A stretch of DNA of 64,000 nucleotides from a virus. The stretch covers positions 1 through 64,000 of the IMG/VR virus record IMGVR_UViG_3300033156_000439, one strand, 5' to 3'. The notes beneath the pieces are model-generated. The model saw only the letters and a program-made list of their open reading frames with translations. It was not told where the DNA came from and made no database searches. The position numbers were made by a program, and so were the translations under genes. Positions 1 through 9,984 of this stretch are shown piece by piece (the first letter of the stretch is position 1; each line of letters starts with the position of its first letter).

Positions 1-62
1 CCATAAGGACTCTCCCTTAAATATTGTAACTTCGGATACTTAATTACATCTTCCACCTTCAT
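1..62 (-). CDS. N-terminal fragment of a gene running off the window, possibly an RNA ligase-like nucleotidyltransferase
   Basis: Reads MKVEDVIKYPKLQYLRESPY; a KYPK-like N-terminus is common in phage RNA ligases, but only 20 aa are visible. Confidence 0.25.
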   Translation of the reverse strand, partial: MKVEDVIKYPKLQYLRESPY

Positions 63-170
63 ATTTCGCGTATAACAAAACTTTTATTGTTAAGAAATAG
101 TAATATATACGGAGGGAGCAAATATTTGCGTATATCGAAGATATGTGCATCTGGTGAGATTTTGGCATAT
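59..170. repeat. Dispersed imperfect palindromic repeat, copy A
   Basis: Arms catatttcgcgtataacaaaa ... tttgcgtatatcgaagatatgtgcatctggtg; aligns by eye with copies at 3.4, 18.8, 26.8, 34.1 and 59.3 kb. Confidence 0.7.
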
Positions 171-352
171 CAGGATGTGAGAAAATAAGAGTGTAAACAA
201 CAGACAAAGAATGCAAAAATGATCACTGTCATGATGAACAATATTACCAGCATCGTTGCGAGAAACACATCTACGATTCGAGGTGTCCACTTGCCTATCC
301 AACACTCAATTTTTTCAAAAATTGTTTTAAGCATCCTTTTCACTCTCCTCAT
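170..352 (-). CDS. Small membrane protein
   Basis: 60 aa with one long hydrophobic segment; fits the minus-strand operon. Confidence 0.5.
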   Translation of the reverse strand: MRRVKRMLKTIFEKIECWIGKWTPRIVDVFLATMLVILFIMTVIIFAFFVCCLHSYFLTS

Positions 353-527
353 CTTTCCAGTTTATAGTTCCCTTCCATTCTTTGGTTTTCTTTCCCCATT
401 CTATCTCTGCACCACAATAGGGGCACTTAGTTTTTAAGTACGAAACCTTCTTTAGGGTTACTTCTCCCTCTTTTTCCTTAAGGACTATTCCAAACACCTT
501 TCCACAAGATTTGCATTCTACTATCAT
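327..527 (-). CDS. Small zinc-ribbon protein
   Basis: CKSC ... CPYC motif pair. Confidence 0.65.
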   Translation of the reverse strand: MIVECKSCGKVFGIVLKEKEGEVTLKKVSYLKTKCPYCGAEIEWGKKTKEWKGTINWKDEESEKDA

Positions 528-674
528 TCTTCAATCTCCATTATTTTATTACAGAAAGGACAACTCAATATTCTTTGTCCAATGAGTAATCTTTTGGGTA
601 ATCTTTCCGTCTCGCTTAAAACAATATAGTTATCTTTCTCTGCGATACTTATTACCAATCCGCAGTCTTCACAT

Positions 675-1433
675 TTAGCTATCATCTATGAGTTTTTCTT
701 CCTCTCGTGTTCTTATATAAACTGGAAAAGGATATCGCTTATCAATTTCCTTTCCAATCTTGTCTATTTCTTCTGGAGTATATTCGTCTTCTTTCTTGAT
801 AAGTTTGCGTCCGTAAGAAGGGACGTTTTCCCATATTCCTTGTTGAATCACGTATTCCCCTTGGAATTCGAGATTGTCGAGTTCTTCTGCTATTTGAAGA
901 ACTTCCTCTTCGCCCACTAACCTTTTAAATACAGTGGTTTGAATTTGAAGAGGAATGTTTGAGTTTATACACAAAGAGAGTGTATTCCGTACAAATCGTT
1001 CCACATTACTTACTTGGGTGAGTTTGAACCACAGTGGAATATTCTCAAGAGGAGCTTTAACATCCAAAAAGACTTTATCTAAGACTTTAGATTTTAGGAG
1101 TTTCTCGATACCTGAAGGAAAATAACCATTGGTTTGGATACCCACAATTTTGTTTTCTCTGTGCATCCACTTCCCAATCCGCTCTATGAATTCCTCCTTA
1201 AGTGTTGGTTCCCCTCCCGAAAAGATTATTGCGTCAACAAAATCCAACTCCTTTTCAATTTGATTTTCTACTTCATTTACACTAACATAGTTCGGTTGTT
1301 CAAACAATCGATGGTTTTGACAATAAAGACAACGGAGAGGACAGCCTCTCAAGAATACAACAAGAGAGTTCAATCCTCTCCAATCAATTGTCGAGATCAC
1401 GAGTCCTCCATAATTTACTTTATTCATGCTCAT
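675..1433 (-). CDS. nrdG: Anaerobic ribonucleotide reductase activating enzyme (radical SAM)
   Basis: GCPLRCLYC CxxxCxxC motif, SGGEP, TNG; adjacent to nrdD. Confidence 0.9.
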   Translation of the reverse strand: MSMNKVNYGGLVISTIDWRGLNSLVVFLRGCPLRCLYCQNHRLFEQPNYVSVNEVENQIEKELDFVDAIIFSGGEPTLKEEFIERIGKWMHRENKIVGIQTNGYFPSGIEKLLKSKVLDKVFLDVKAPLENIPLWFKLTQVSNVERFVRNTLSLCINSNIPLQIQTTVFKRLVGEEEVLQIAEELDNLEFQGEYVIQQGIWENVPSYGRKLIKKEDEYTPEEIDKIGKEIDKRYPFPVYIRTREEEKLIDDS

Positions 1434-3129
1434 CTATCCTATCTATTTTTCTGTATGGCAGATCTCTTAGTCGCCGCTCGTGCATATTGAACTGTTCAAC
1501 AAAGTATCCGACTATCCTTCTAAACTTGAGGACATTCTTACTGCCACAGATGGGACAAACATCTACATTCCCGATTGTTAAATGATTGTTTTCGAGACAA
1601 CGTGATAAATAATTGTCAAACGCAGAGTACGGTACTTCCTTCTTGACTATTCCTTCTAAGATTTTCCTCATTTGATGAACATTCTGAAATACTGAAGGAA
1701 CATTCACGAACATCATTTGTCCACCATCGAAAAACTTGGAGAATCTTCCAGTTAACTCTACTCGTTCTCCAAGGGACATCTCTACCCAAGGGGATACAAT
1801 CTGATTGGAATACATTTTTCCACTTTTGTAGTATCCACTCTTATCCCTTCGATGTTTCTCCGCGTATGTCTTATCCGTATCATAAAGAGTAATCGCTGCC
1901 GATTCCGCTGGAACCAGTTCACAATTGTAAAATCCTTCCCAACTATCAATAATAAAACGAATCTTTTTGAGCAACCCTTCTAAGTCGTCCCAAGAATAAT
2001 TTATACCCATCAGTTGTTTAAAGTCCCAAAGACCTATGATGCCTATCGTCGAATACATCCTCTGTAAGGATCGAAGTCCTAACTCAAATGTAGCGTCGAG
2101 GTACTGATACTCCTTAAGGAGCTTTCTGTGCCAATCAAGGAAGTCCTTAGCAAGCTGAAGATTCTCCTTTATACGTTCTTCAAATGTGTCTGGATGTCTC
2201 AGATAAATTCCTGGAAGGTTGAGACTCACAACTTGATGAGAACCTATCTGAACACCACCAGAGCCATATGAGTTGAAGAACGGTTTTTTGGAAGAAATTA
2301 ATCGACAACAGGAGGCAATAGCATCGAGATGTGGAAGAACAAGGAAGTTATACATTGTGTGATGAAGATTCTGTTTGATTGCAAAGTTAAGAAACTCTTC
2401 ATCTTGTATCTTCTTGTTCTTCACCTTAAGAGCTACAGTTATAACTGGGAATCTTAACATTTGTTTTTCTACTTCACTGGTGTGCCATCGCATCACTGCT
2501 GACTGCACAGCAGATAATTCATCGACCTCCAGTCCCCACGAATTCTTATTGAATAGGTGAGCTAAGTAATAACGGTCAAAAAATGAAATGTTAGTGTAGA
2601 GTGATTCAGCACCTTGTCGAAGATGCTGATTAAATGAATAAAATAATCGCTGGAGTTCATTTTTAAATTGATAATCCGTAAGTCTGTATTCTGGCAAAGG
2701 CATTCTTCGTTCTTTTTTCACGAAATAGGTTAAGGCTAATATAAGATCGGGGATGCCAATCGCTCCCCGTGTTCTATTGGCTACGTATGAGGTAAACTCG
2801 ATCAACTGCGCTATGAATGAATCTAATCTCTTTGGTGGTTTGCTTTTAAAGTGAGGATAATATGTAAGACCCTCCGCAAGAATTGGCTCAACGCTTATGC
2901 TATAACAGTAAGGCATGAGTATGTTCTTGGAAAGGTCATGAATATAGATCTCTTTTCTATGTCGTTCTAATATCTCACGTCCTCTGTCAAACCATTCCGA
3001 TATGAGTTCCTTATTGAAAACTAACTCCGCTCCCGATGCTAACTGTTTTCTAACGTTAGCAATGTCTGACGCGTAATTAGCATTAACATCTACCACATTC
3101 CCACCAGTCAAGAATTTTTCTATATTCAT
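1420..3129 (-). CDS. nrdD: Class III anaerobic ribonucleoside-triphosphate reductase
   Basis: IYIHDL, YC, SCCRL, PAES, Zn ribbon (C..H...CPIC) and glycyl-radical loop RIVGY. Confidence 0.93.
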   Translation of the reverse strand: MNIEKFLTGGNVVDVNANYASDIANVRKQLASGAELVFNKELISEWFDRGREILERHRKEIYIHDLSKNILMPYCYSISVEPILAEGLTYYPHFKSKPPKRLDSFIAQLIEFTSYVANRTRGAIGIPDLILALTYFVKKERRMPLPEYRLTDYQFKNELQRLFYSFNQHLRQGAESLYTNISFFDRYYLAHLFNKNSWGLEVDELSAVQSAVMRWHTSEVEKQMLRFPVITVALKVKNKKIQDEEFLNFAIKQNLHHTMYNFLVLPHLDAIASCCRLISSKKPFFNSYGSGGVQIGSHQVVSLNLPGIYLRHPDTFEERIKENLQLAKDFLDWHRKLLKEYQYLDATFELGLRSLQRMYSTIGIIGLWDFKQLMGINYSWDDLEGLLKKIRFIIDSWEGFYNCELVPAESAAITLYDTDKTYAEKHRRDKSGYYKSGKMYSNQIVSPWVEMSLGERVELTGRFSKFFDGGQMMFVNVPSVFQNVHQMRKILEGIVKKEVPYSAFDNYLSRCLENNHLTIGNVDVCPICGSKNVLKFRRIVGYFVEQFNMHERRLRDLPYRKIDRIDEHE

Positions 3130-3179
3130 CTTAATCTCCTATATAATTAATATTATTTTATATATTAGTTAAAGGTTTT

Positions 3180-3353
3180 TCATTCCTCCAAGGAGTCACA
3201 GAGTAGAAGCTTTAGTTTACGAAAATAACTCTTTCGTATTTTTTCTCTTAACTTAAAGTGCTTAACGGGATCCTCATCATATTTAACTTGCAGCTCCGCT
3301 TCAGCGTCTATCGCCTTTTCAAACACCTCCAAAACTATGTCGATTATGCCCAT
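3180..3353 (-). CDS. 57-aa protein (below the ORF-track cutoff), single-unit paralog of 15145..15504
   Basis: MGIIDIVLEVFEKAIDAEAE...REKIRKSYFRKLKLLL, preceded by a GGGGGTG RBS-like sequence. Confidence 0.65.
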   Translation of the reverse strand: MGIIDIVLEVFEKAIDAEAELQVKYDEDPVKHFKLREKIRKSYFRKLKLLLCDSLEE

Positions 3354-3371
3354 GAAACCACACCCCCTTCA

Positions 3372-3490
3372 CTATGCTCAAATTTTGCACCAGACAATCA
3401 TATTCACACGAGATCAAAATATTTTTGACGTGCCTATATGATTATATGTCTGAACGATTAATTGCGTTAGAGTGCGAAATTTAAGATATG
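3372..3490. repeat. Dispersed imperfect palindromic repeat, copy B
   Basis: Inverted ends ctcaaattttgcacc ... gtgcgaaatttaag; collinear with the reverse complement of copy A. Confidence 0.7.
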
Positions 3491-3498
3491 ATAAACAA

Positions 3499-3840
3499 TT
3501 ATCCTCTGACTTCGGTAAGCATATAGTTTCTTCGTCTTTCCTTGTCCCTCGCTATGATTTCTTTGTCTTCCTCTTCTAATTCTGTAAGAGCAAGAAGACT
3601 GTACCCTATTATATCACTAAGAGTGTCCCATATTGCAGGGAAAGACTCATGGAGGTCTCTCTTCTCTAAATTCTTTAGACGACTAAGCTTATCTGTAAGA
3701 CGGATGCACACAGAAAGTAATCCGTACTCTTCCCACGTCTGGTGAAAAGCGTCCCCGTACATGCTATTCTTTCGCTCAAGCAAATTGCGAATTAATTCCA
3801 TGTGTCTTTCTATTTTTTCCATTTTCTTCTCACTCCTCAA
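3499..3840 (-). CDS. DUF1599/Nmad1-like all-alpha nucleotide pyrophosphohydrolase
   Basis: KNSMYGDAF...RLTDKLSRL...DTLSDIIGY pattern. Confidence 0.75.
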   Translation of the reverse strand: MRSEKKMEKIERHMELIRNLLERKNSMYGDAFHQTWEEYGLLSVCIRLTDKLSRLKNLEKRDLHESFPAIWDTLSDIIGYSLLALTELEEEDKEIIARDKERRRNYMLTEVRG

Positions 3841-4420
3841 TCTTGTCTATCAATCCCCAATCTTTTGCCTCTTCAGGAGGCATCCATACCTCTCGTAATC
3901 GTATAGTTTCTCTAACTTCCTCCTCTGATTTATTACAACGGGTAGCCAAAATTTTCACTATCAAATCTGTAATCCTATTCATTTCTGTGACTTCATTCTC
4001 GAGTTGGGAAGTAGACTCTGAATTGAAAACCACCCACCTCTTTGGTTCATGCAGAAGAAACGTTGCGTGTGGACGAGAAATCCTTTCATCTCCAGCCTGA
4101 AGTACTATCATGGCAGCAGCGCTTGCTGCCAAACCTTCCACTATTATCCTCACTTTTATACCCTCTCTCGATATCCTTCGCAGTGCATCGTATATCGCAA
4201 ATGCTTTATGTACGTCTCCCCCTGGAGAATTTAGAGTGACAGTAAGAACGCTTCCCGCTTTCATTCTTCGTTTAATTTCGTGACAGAACAAGGTAAAATC
4301 GTGAACTATGTAAGAATCGATTTCACCATTGATGTGAACTATTCCATCCTCAAGATCACGATATTTCAGTAAATCATCTAAGCATGCAAAGCTTTCCTTA
4401 TCCCTCTGTTTAGTTTCCAT
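3830..4420 (-). CDS. ClpP-like serine protease
   Basis: NSPGG, GLAASAAA (catalytic Ser), HEP, EAKDWGLID. Confidence 0.88.
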   Translation of the reverse strand: METKQRDKESFACLDDLLKYRDLEDGIVHINGEIDSYIVHDFTLFCHEIKRRMKAGSVLTVTLNSPGGDVHKAFAIYDALRRISREGIKVRIIVEGLAASAAAMIVLQAGDERISRPHATFLLHEPKRWVVFNSESTSQLENEVTEMNRITDLIVKILATRCNKSEEEVRETIRLREVWMPPEEAKDWGLIDKIEE

Positions 4421-4784
4421 TTTGGACCTCCTCATTAACAATTAACAGAATGTAGGACTTGTCCGTCCTATTCTTTAAATCGTTTATGGCTGCATAAATG
4501 TCAGGATACAACCTTCTTGTTTTGCTCTTTTCCATGCCAATACAACTCCTATCTGACTTCACTATGATCCTTGGGTAATAAACTGGACCCTCTATCCAAG
4601 CGAAGCACCAGTGTTCTTTCTCCTCCACCAAACACTTATACTCTATTCCCTCGATTACAGGACAAGTATCCTTTCTGTGATGCAGGACTATCTTACCGTT
4701 AGGCAACCTGGCAATGTCATTTCCTTTATTATCTCTGTGAAAGACTAAAACCATTTCCTTCTTTTCGCCTTCAGTTCCTTCCAT
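4410..4784 (-). CDS. Hypothetical protein (possible TRAM/OB-like N-terminus)
   Basis: ORF in operon with a GGAGG RBS; GNDIARLPNGKIVL beta-rich start. Confidence 0.55.
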   Translation of the reverse strand: MEGTEGEKKEMVLVFHRDNKGNDIARLPNGKIVLHHRKDTCPVIEGIEYKCLVEEKEHWCFAWIEGPVYYPRIIVKSDRSCIGMEKSKTRRLYPDIYAAINDLKNRTDKSYILLIVNEEVQNGN

Positions 4785-4813
4785 ACTATTACCTCCCTTC
4801 TAATTATCTATAA

Positions 4814-5449
4814 TTATATTTCTTGAACTTCTCCATCCTTATCAACCATCATTAATTTGGCTGCTCGCTTTCGAGTATCGTACTCCACCCATCCTGTGAG
4901 AGTCGGTGGAAGAGATCTGTCGATCGCATATCGTAATCCACGTGCTAAAGAACCCGTCCTTAATAAGGTGATGCGTTTATCACCGCGAAGGACATCAAGC
5001 TTAGCGAGTGTATGATTATGTCCTAATGCTATCACATCCGCGTCTGTATATTGTAAGAGTTTACGATGCTCTATAAATATGTCTGTTGCGGCACTCCTTC
5101 CGTGGGCGAAATAGAAGTCCACTCCATCTATCTCCACTCTATGACTTGGCTTTCCGAGATACTCCTCATAGACGTTTAGACCAACCTCATTGAAGATTCT
5201 ATATTCATGATTCCCAAGACAATAAGCTACTACGTCTAACTTTTCTGTGATTATCTTGACCCATCTAAGTTGGGACTGAGGCTGTATCTCATTTTCAAAT
5301 TGCATTCCCCCCGATAGTCCACAGTCTATGAGGTCCCCCATTAGAATTACCTTCTTTCCATTCCAGTACCTCTTTGTTATTTCTGCTATTGTTTCAGGAG
5401 AAAACTCTCCTTGACCAATGTGCCAATCCCCATTCAAAACAACTTTCAT
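4814..5449 (-). CDS. Calcineurin-like metallophosphoesterase
   Basis: DWHIG, GDLID, GNHE, HG and GHNH motifs. Confidence 0.88.
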   Translation of the reverse strand: MKVVLNGDWHIGQGEFSPETIAEITKRYWNGKKVILMGDLIDCGLSGGMQFENEIQPQSQLRWVKIITEKLDVVAYCLGNHEYRIFNEVGLNVYEEYLGKPSHRVEIDGVDFYFAHGRSAATDIFIEHRKLLQYTDADVIALGHNHTLAKLDVLRGDKRITLLRTGSLARGLRYAIDRSLPPTLTGWVEYDTRKRAAKLMMVDKDGEVQEI

Positions 5450-5461
5450 TTTACTCCTCCT

Positions 5462-7480
5462 TTATATAAATCTACTAAGGTTTGTTTGGGACAGAGTATC
5501 CTCTATCTCTTTCAGAGGATTGTAAAACCATTTTGCCAGAACGGCATCATAATCTATTTCGGGAAGGTCATCGATTATGTTCTCATGTATAGCCAAATAT
5601 CCGATAGAAGCTACCTTAGTGGGAACAATCGGTAACTTCTCACCTGAATGATAAGGAATGCGATACAATCGAAGTCTATTTTTTGCTGCTTTCAAATGAG
5701 CAGTCTGAACTTTAGGTGAAGTTGAGGACAATCTTACCCACTCAGCTATATCCATAATATCTTGTTCTCTTATCTCCAAGCGTATCTGGGACTTGATTCT
5801 CCTCAGTTCTTCCCACTCCCCTCTCAGGATATTTTCGAAAGCCATCATTAGTTTATTTCTGATATATAGAGGACAAGATGTCCTATTCACCACGGTTCCT
5901 GTTATCTTGAGTTTACCTTCATCTGTAATCCCGAAATAGTTTTTCTTTTTGTTGTACAAAAAAAGAACTTCAAATTTTTTATCCACATCTAAATTGAATT
6001 CGGGACCCCACTTAGAGTGGAGGTCTTCATTAATCTCGTTCATAATACTCTCAGGATCGGGATGTGAAATCATAAGTGCGTCTGTATCCCCAGCTAATAT
6101 AGGAATACCTTTGCTCTCAACAAATTCCCAAATATAAGTTAGGATTTTACGCTCATAGGCTGTAACTTCTGCTGCTAAGTCCCTGTTATAGAATCTGGAT
6201 TTTTCGTATCCTAACATCCCTACACAAGCATTGAGCAAGAACTTATAGGACACATTCCATATCTGACTCTGGGTATCTCCTCTTTCTTTATATAGTTTTT
6301 TGAATTCAAGTCTTCTTTCAAATATTTCTTTAATTGTCTCTGTGAGGATTCCAGGATTTCTAATGTCTCTATCAGGAGAAATATTGAAGTGCATAACTAT
6401 CGAAGGATATAGACTGACCAAGTCTAAGACTGTGACGTCTCTATGCAAGCCTTTCTGTGGATCCCTGACAAGTGCTCCTTTATATTTCGTGTGTGACACC
6501 TGTCCCCTATTTGGGAGAACGTATTTATTGTGATAACGTTTTAAGAGATAGGCTTCGATAATACTACTACGATTCATTATATCAATGGTATTGAGGGGAA
6601 CGAGATTTTGAAATGAAAAGACCAATTGTGACAATCTCAGTTTCTCATCGATCTCCTTAGTCAAGGTCACGTCCTCTATACAATGCAAGAGTTCTGGAAG
6701 GGATTTGTCTTTACGTCTCCCTAAAACAAGATAAGCAACATGATCTAAGAAATATCTTCCTCCCCTCTCCCCAAATTCTCTGTATGCCCTCATTAAATCG
6801 AGGGGTTGACTTTCTCCTATGGTTAATTCATCGTGATAACTATGAAACACCTTTCTTGTCCTCGAACGATTGAAGAGGTAGGGCAAGTCGTAGTTCGAGG
6901 AATTCCAACCTACTAACAAATCAAAATCTAATTTCTTACAGAATGAGAAGAATGAATTCAGAAGTTGTTCATCATTCTTAAATATGAATGCTTTAACTCC
7001 ATCTATCGCATAATCCTCCAATACGAACGGATAATGTCTGTTCGTGAAATTATCAAAAGCATCAATCACGGTAATTGGGAGTGGAGCGTTCTCAGTATCA
7101 AGAGAACCATTCCCTCTCTCAACTTCTATATCAAAATAAAGAATCCTTCTATTGAGTCCGTACGTCAATCCTGAATCTATGAGGTAACGAGTGAGGTATG
7201 GAATATCTGCTTCCGCACAAAAATCTACGTTTCTCTTTCCTTTTTCGAGATCCTTTATTGAATTGAAAGATATTTTATCTAAGGGTTCCCCAGTATAGGA
7301 CTTGAATCCACTCTCTCTTTTCACAATCGGAAACGATGTACTCTCATCAGGTCTGATGTAGAAATATGGATACTCTCCTTTTCTCACTGAATAGGTGACC
7401 CTCCAACCGTCTCTAAATTTGAGCTTAAGAGTTGGTCTTGAACTCCTTGAGCCAATAAGAGAGGCATTCACAAGTTCCAT
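5462..7480 (-). CDS. polB: Family B DNA polymerase with 3'-5' exonuclease
   Basis: ExoI FDIE, ExoII WNSSNYDLPYL, motif A DLVSLYPS, motif B KFLLNACVG, motif C GDTD, KKNY. Confidence 0.92.
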   Translation of the reverse strand: MELVNASLIGSRSSRPTLKLKFRDGWRVTYSVRKGEYPYFYIRPDESTSFPIVKRESGFKSYTGEPLDKISFNSIKDLEKGKRNVDFCAEADIPYLTRYLIDSGLTYGLNRRILYFDIEVERGNGSLDTENAPLPITVIDAFDNFTNRHYPFVLEDYAIDGVKAFIFKNDEQLLNSFFSFCKKLDFDLLVGWNSSNYDLPYLFNRSRTRKVFHSYHDELTIGESQPLDLMRAYREFGERGGRYFLDHVAYLVLGRRKDKSLPELLHCIEDVTLTKEIDEKLRLSQLVFSFQNLVPLNTIDIMNRSSIIEAYLLKRYHNKYVLPNRGQVSHTKYKGALVRDPQKGLHRDVTVLDLVSLYPSIVMHFNISPDRDIRNPGILTETIKEIFERRLEFKKLYKERGDTQSQIWNVSYKFLLNACVGMLGYEKSRFYNRDLAAEVTAYERKILTYIWEFVESKGIPILAGDTDALMISHPDPESIMNEINEDLHSKWGPEFNLDVDKKFEVLFLYNKKKNYFGITDEGKLKITGTVVNRTSCPLYIRNKLMMAFENILRGEWEELRRIKSQIRLEIREQDIMDIAEWVRLSSTSPKVQTAHLKAAKNRLRLYRIPYHSGEKLPIVPTKVASIGYLAIHENIIDDLPEIDYDAVLAKWFYNPLKEIEDTLSQTNLSRFI

Positions 7481-8181
7481 ATCAAAAATTCCTCCAAGCT
7501 TCTTTGATATTTATCTCTGCCTAAGACTCTCTCTTGGGTTATTTCACAATACTTTTCTGATATGTCTATTGCTATCCATCTACGATTATGCTTTTCACAT
7601 ACTACTGCGGTCACGCCTGAGCCTGCAAATGGATCAAGGATAATTTCCCCCTCTTTGGGACTTCCACGTAACAACAATCTTTCCCAAAACTTAATGGGTT
7701 TGGGACAGGGATGATCGTAAGTTTGGTTATCCAATCCTGTTGCTTCTATGACGTCACTTCTCGCTCCAAGTCCCTCTCTTAGATAAGGATCCTTCCCATA
7801 AGCAAGAATAGGTTGCCACTGAGCAAATCCCCACTTTCCTCTTGAGTTGGTTGTTTTATATACCCAAGCAAGAATCCAATACGGAGCGGGATAAAGAGAG
7901 ACATTGGTAAGACCACAAGTAAGCAGAGTAACTTTTCCTACTCGTTTAGCTTGTGGTATAAATTCTCCTATAAGAGATTTGAGATTTTCTTCAGTATCTT
8001 CGTAGACATCATATTCTTTTCCTAACGCGTAAGGAGGATCTGTGAGGATCAAATCAACACTCTTGTCGGGAAGCTCTTTCATAATTTCAATACAGTCCCC
8101 AAGTAACATCACTCCTTTGTCCGTATGAAAGTGATTATACTTACTCTCAATCAATTCTTTCTGTAACTCTTGCCAATCCAT
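7468..8181 (-). CDS. DNA amino-methyltransferase (beta class, m6A/m4C)
   Basis: GDC, TDPPY, HPCPKP, LDPFAGSG. Confidence 0.9.
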   Translation of the reverse strand: MDWQELQKELIESKYNHFHTDKGVMLLGDCIEIMKELPDKSVDLILTDPPYALGKEYDVYEDTEENLKSLIGEFIPQAKRVGKVTLLTCGLTNVSLYPAPYWILAWVYKTTNSRGKWGFAQWQPILAYGKDPYLREGLGARSDVIEATGLDNQTYDHPCPKPIKFWERLLLRGSPKEGEIILDPFAGSGVTAVVCEKHNRRWIAIDISEKYCEITQERVLGRDKYQRSLEEFLIWNL

Positions 8182-8182
8182 T

Positions 8183-9212
8183 TTAGAATCCTATCCTTTC
8201 GATCACAGAAGGCTCTCTAAATAGTTTAGTTTGAGCAGCAATTGATTTTATTCTTCTATACGCCATTTCGCAGTAATTTTCGTTTATATCTATTATGATG
8301 GAGTTTCGCTCTAATTTTTCAGCCACAACTCCCACCGTTCCCGAACCCCCAAATGGATCAAGAACACTATCATTTGGTTTGCTTCCTACCTTAATTAGCG
8401 GGAGTATTAAGCGCTCTGGAAATACAGCAAAGTGTTCACCTTTAAACGATTGGGTCGAAACGCTCCAAACATCACCTGGATTTGCACCCAACGGATGAAG
8501 ATTCACTACCAGATAATCCCCTTCCGCATATTGATATTGAGATATTGCCATATTTTGCTCTCTATGATATCGCTTCGACTTATCAAATAAATCTGTGAGT
8601 TTAACAGATACTTTTCGCTTGCCATTGGGTCTTGGTTTGTTTATTCCTCCTCCCCCACCGTATTCAGGATGATTCATGTACTTATGTTTATTACTAACCG
8701 CTCTTAAAACTCTTTTCTTACTTGCTTCCTTGTGAGGAACTCTTACCGCATCCAAATTAAACTGGTAACCTCGATCCTTTACCAACATGAATATCGGTTC
8801 GTAACCGTGAGAAAAACCCCGTTTAAAACTATCTGGCATATGACCTTGTTTATACCAAATGACTGGACCCTTCTTCGGCATTAGCCAATCTTGTTCGTCT
8901 ATCATTTTGAGAATCAGTCTGTAATTCTGCATTGTGTCACACAAATTTATTTTGTTAGTATCGTGATTCCAGAACATCACACCTGTTTTCTTGAGGACTC
9001 TTTTCAACTCTTTTTGTAATCTCTAATAAATGAGAGATGTATTCTTCGAGAGTTGATTCCTGTCCTATTTCTTGTGTTTTCTTGGGGTGGTCATCTGGCA
9101 AATAAGAACGTAATTTCCAATAAGGTGGTGAAGTGACAATTGTATCCACGCTCTCACTCGGGAGTTCTTTTAGGACTTCCAAGGTATCTCCACAAATTAT
9201 CTTATGCCTCAT
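8183..9212 (-). pseudogene. Probable N4-cytosine DNA methyltransferase split by a single frameshift (ORFs 8955..9212 and 8183..9007)
   Basis: TSPPY in the 5' ORF; HFAVFP and DPFGGSG in the 3' ORF. Removing one T from the T5 run at 9011-9015 restores ITKELKRVLK. Confidence 0.8.
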
Positions 9213-9213
9213 T

Positions 9214-9867
9214 CTAACGTATCTTTCTCATTCGTTTTTGAATATCTTCTATGTCTATATCAAACTTCTTCTGGAGTTCTTCTTTTCTGATATACAATTG
9301 GGTGACTAAATCATCTTTTACTTTGACTATTTTAGCTAACCCCTCTAATAATTCGTTTATCTTTTGCTTGTTTTGGAATTCAATCTTGAGTCGTCTCTGA
9401 AGATCCAATGTCCGAGAAGACTTCTCTATCTCAGCGTTCGCAGTCTTCAATTTTCGTGAAATTTTGTAAATCTCTCGTATCAATTGACGGATCTCCTCAT
9501 CGTCTTGCGATTGAACAATCTCTAAAAACTCTCTTCGCGTTAGGGAAAATGGTGAAATTATAAATCCACCACTCTTTATCTTGAAACCAGAGAATCGACC
9601 GTATCCGCTTTCTTCTTTAAGTATTTCGTCCACTGCTATCAATTTCCTCACGTAATCATCACAGTAGTCAATGGCAATTGAGAGATAATAATCGTCTTCG
9701 GGGAAATGCTGTCCATAACATGTGTCACTGTTGTGATAAACGACTTCAAGTAAAACGTCCTCTAATTCACCCTTAAGAACTTTATTAAGAATGCGAGCAT
9801 TCGTCTCAAGCATTGTAATTTCTTGAGAAATTCGTTCCCTATCTATCCAATCACTTAGTTTTTTCAT
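9214..9867 (-). CDS. Hypothetical protein with C-terminal coiled coil
   Basis: 217 aa ORF with RBS, in operon. Confidence 0.7.
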   Translation of the reverse strand: MKKLSDWIDRERISQEITMLETNARILNKVLKGELEDVLLEVVYHNSDTCYGQHFPEDDYYLSIAIDYCDDYVRKLIAVDEILKEESGYGRFSGFKIKSGGFIISPFSLTRREFLEIVQSQDDEEIRQLIREIYKISRKLKTANAEIEKSSRTLDLQRRLKIEFQNKQKINELLEGLAKIVKVKDDLVTQLYIRKEELQKKFDIDIEDIQKRMRKIR

Positions 9868-9984
9868 TTTTCCTCTCCTTATATTGTTCAGGAATAGTGG
9901 TCCAGTATAGACTATAACAATAAGGACAATACAACAATCCCAATTTCAATCTTTTCAAATTTGTGTTACTACAAATCGGACACT

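Noticed and set aside
3830-4420. ClpP as the capsid maturation protease
   Set aside because: It lies in the opposite-strand nucleotide-metabolism operon, and two HK97-type proteases are already present in the head modules.
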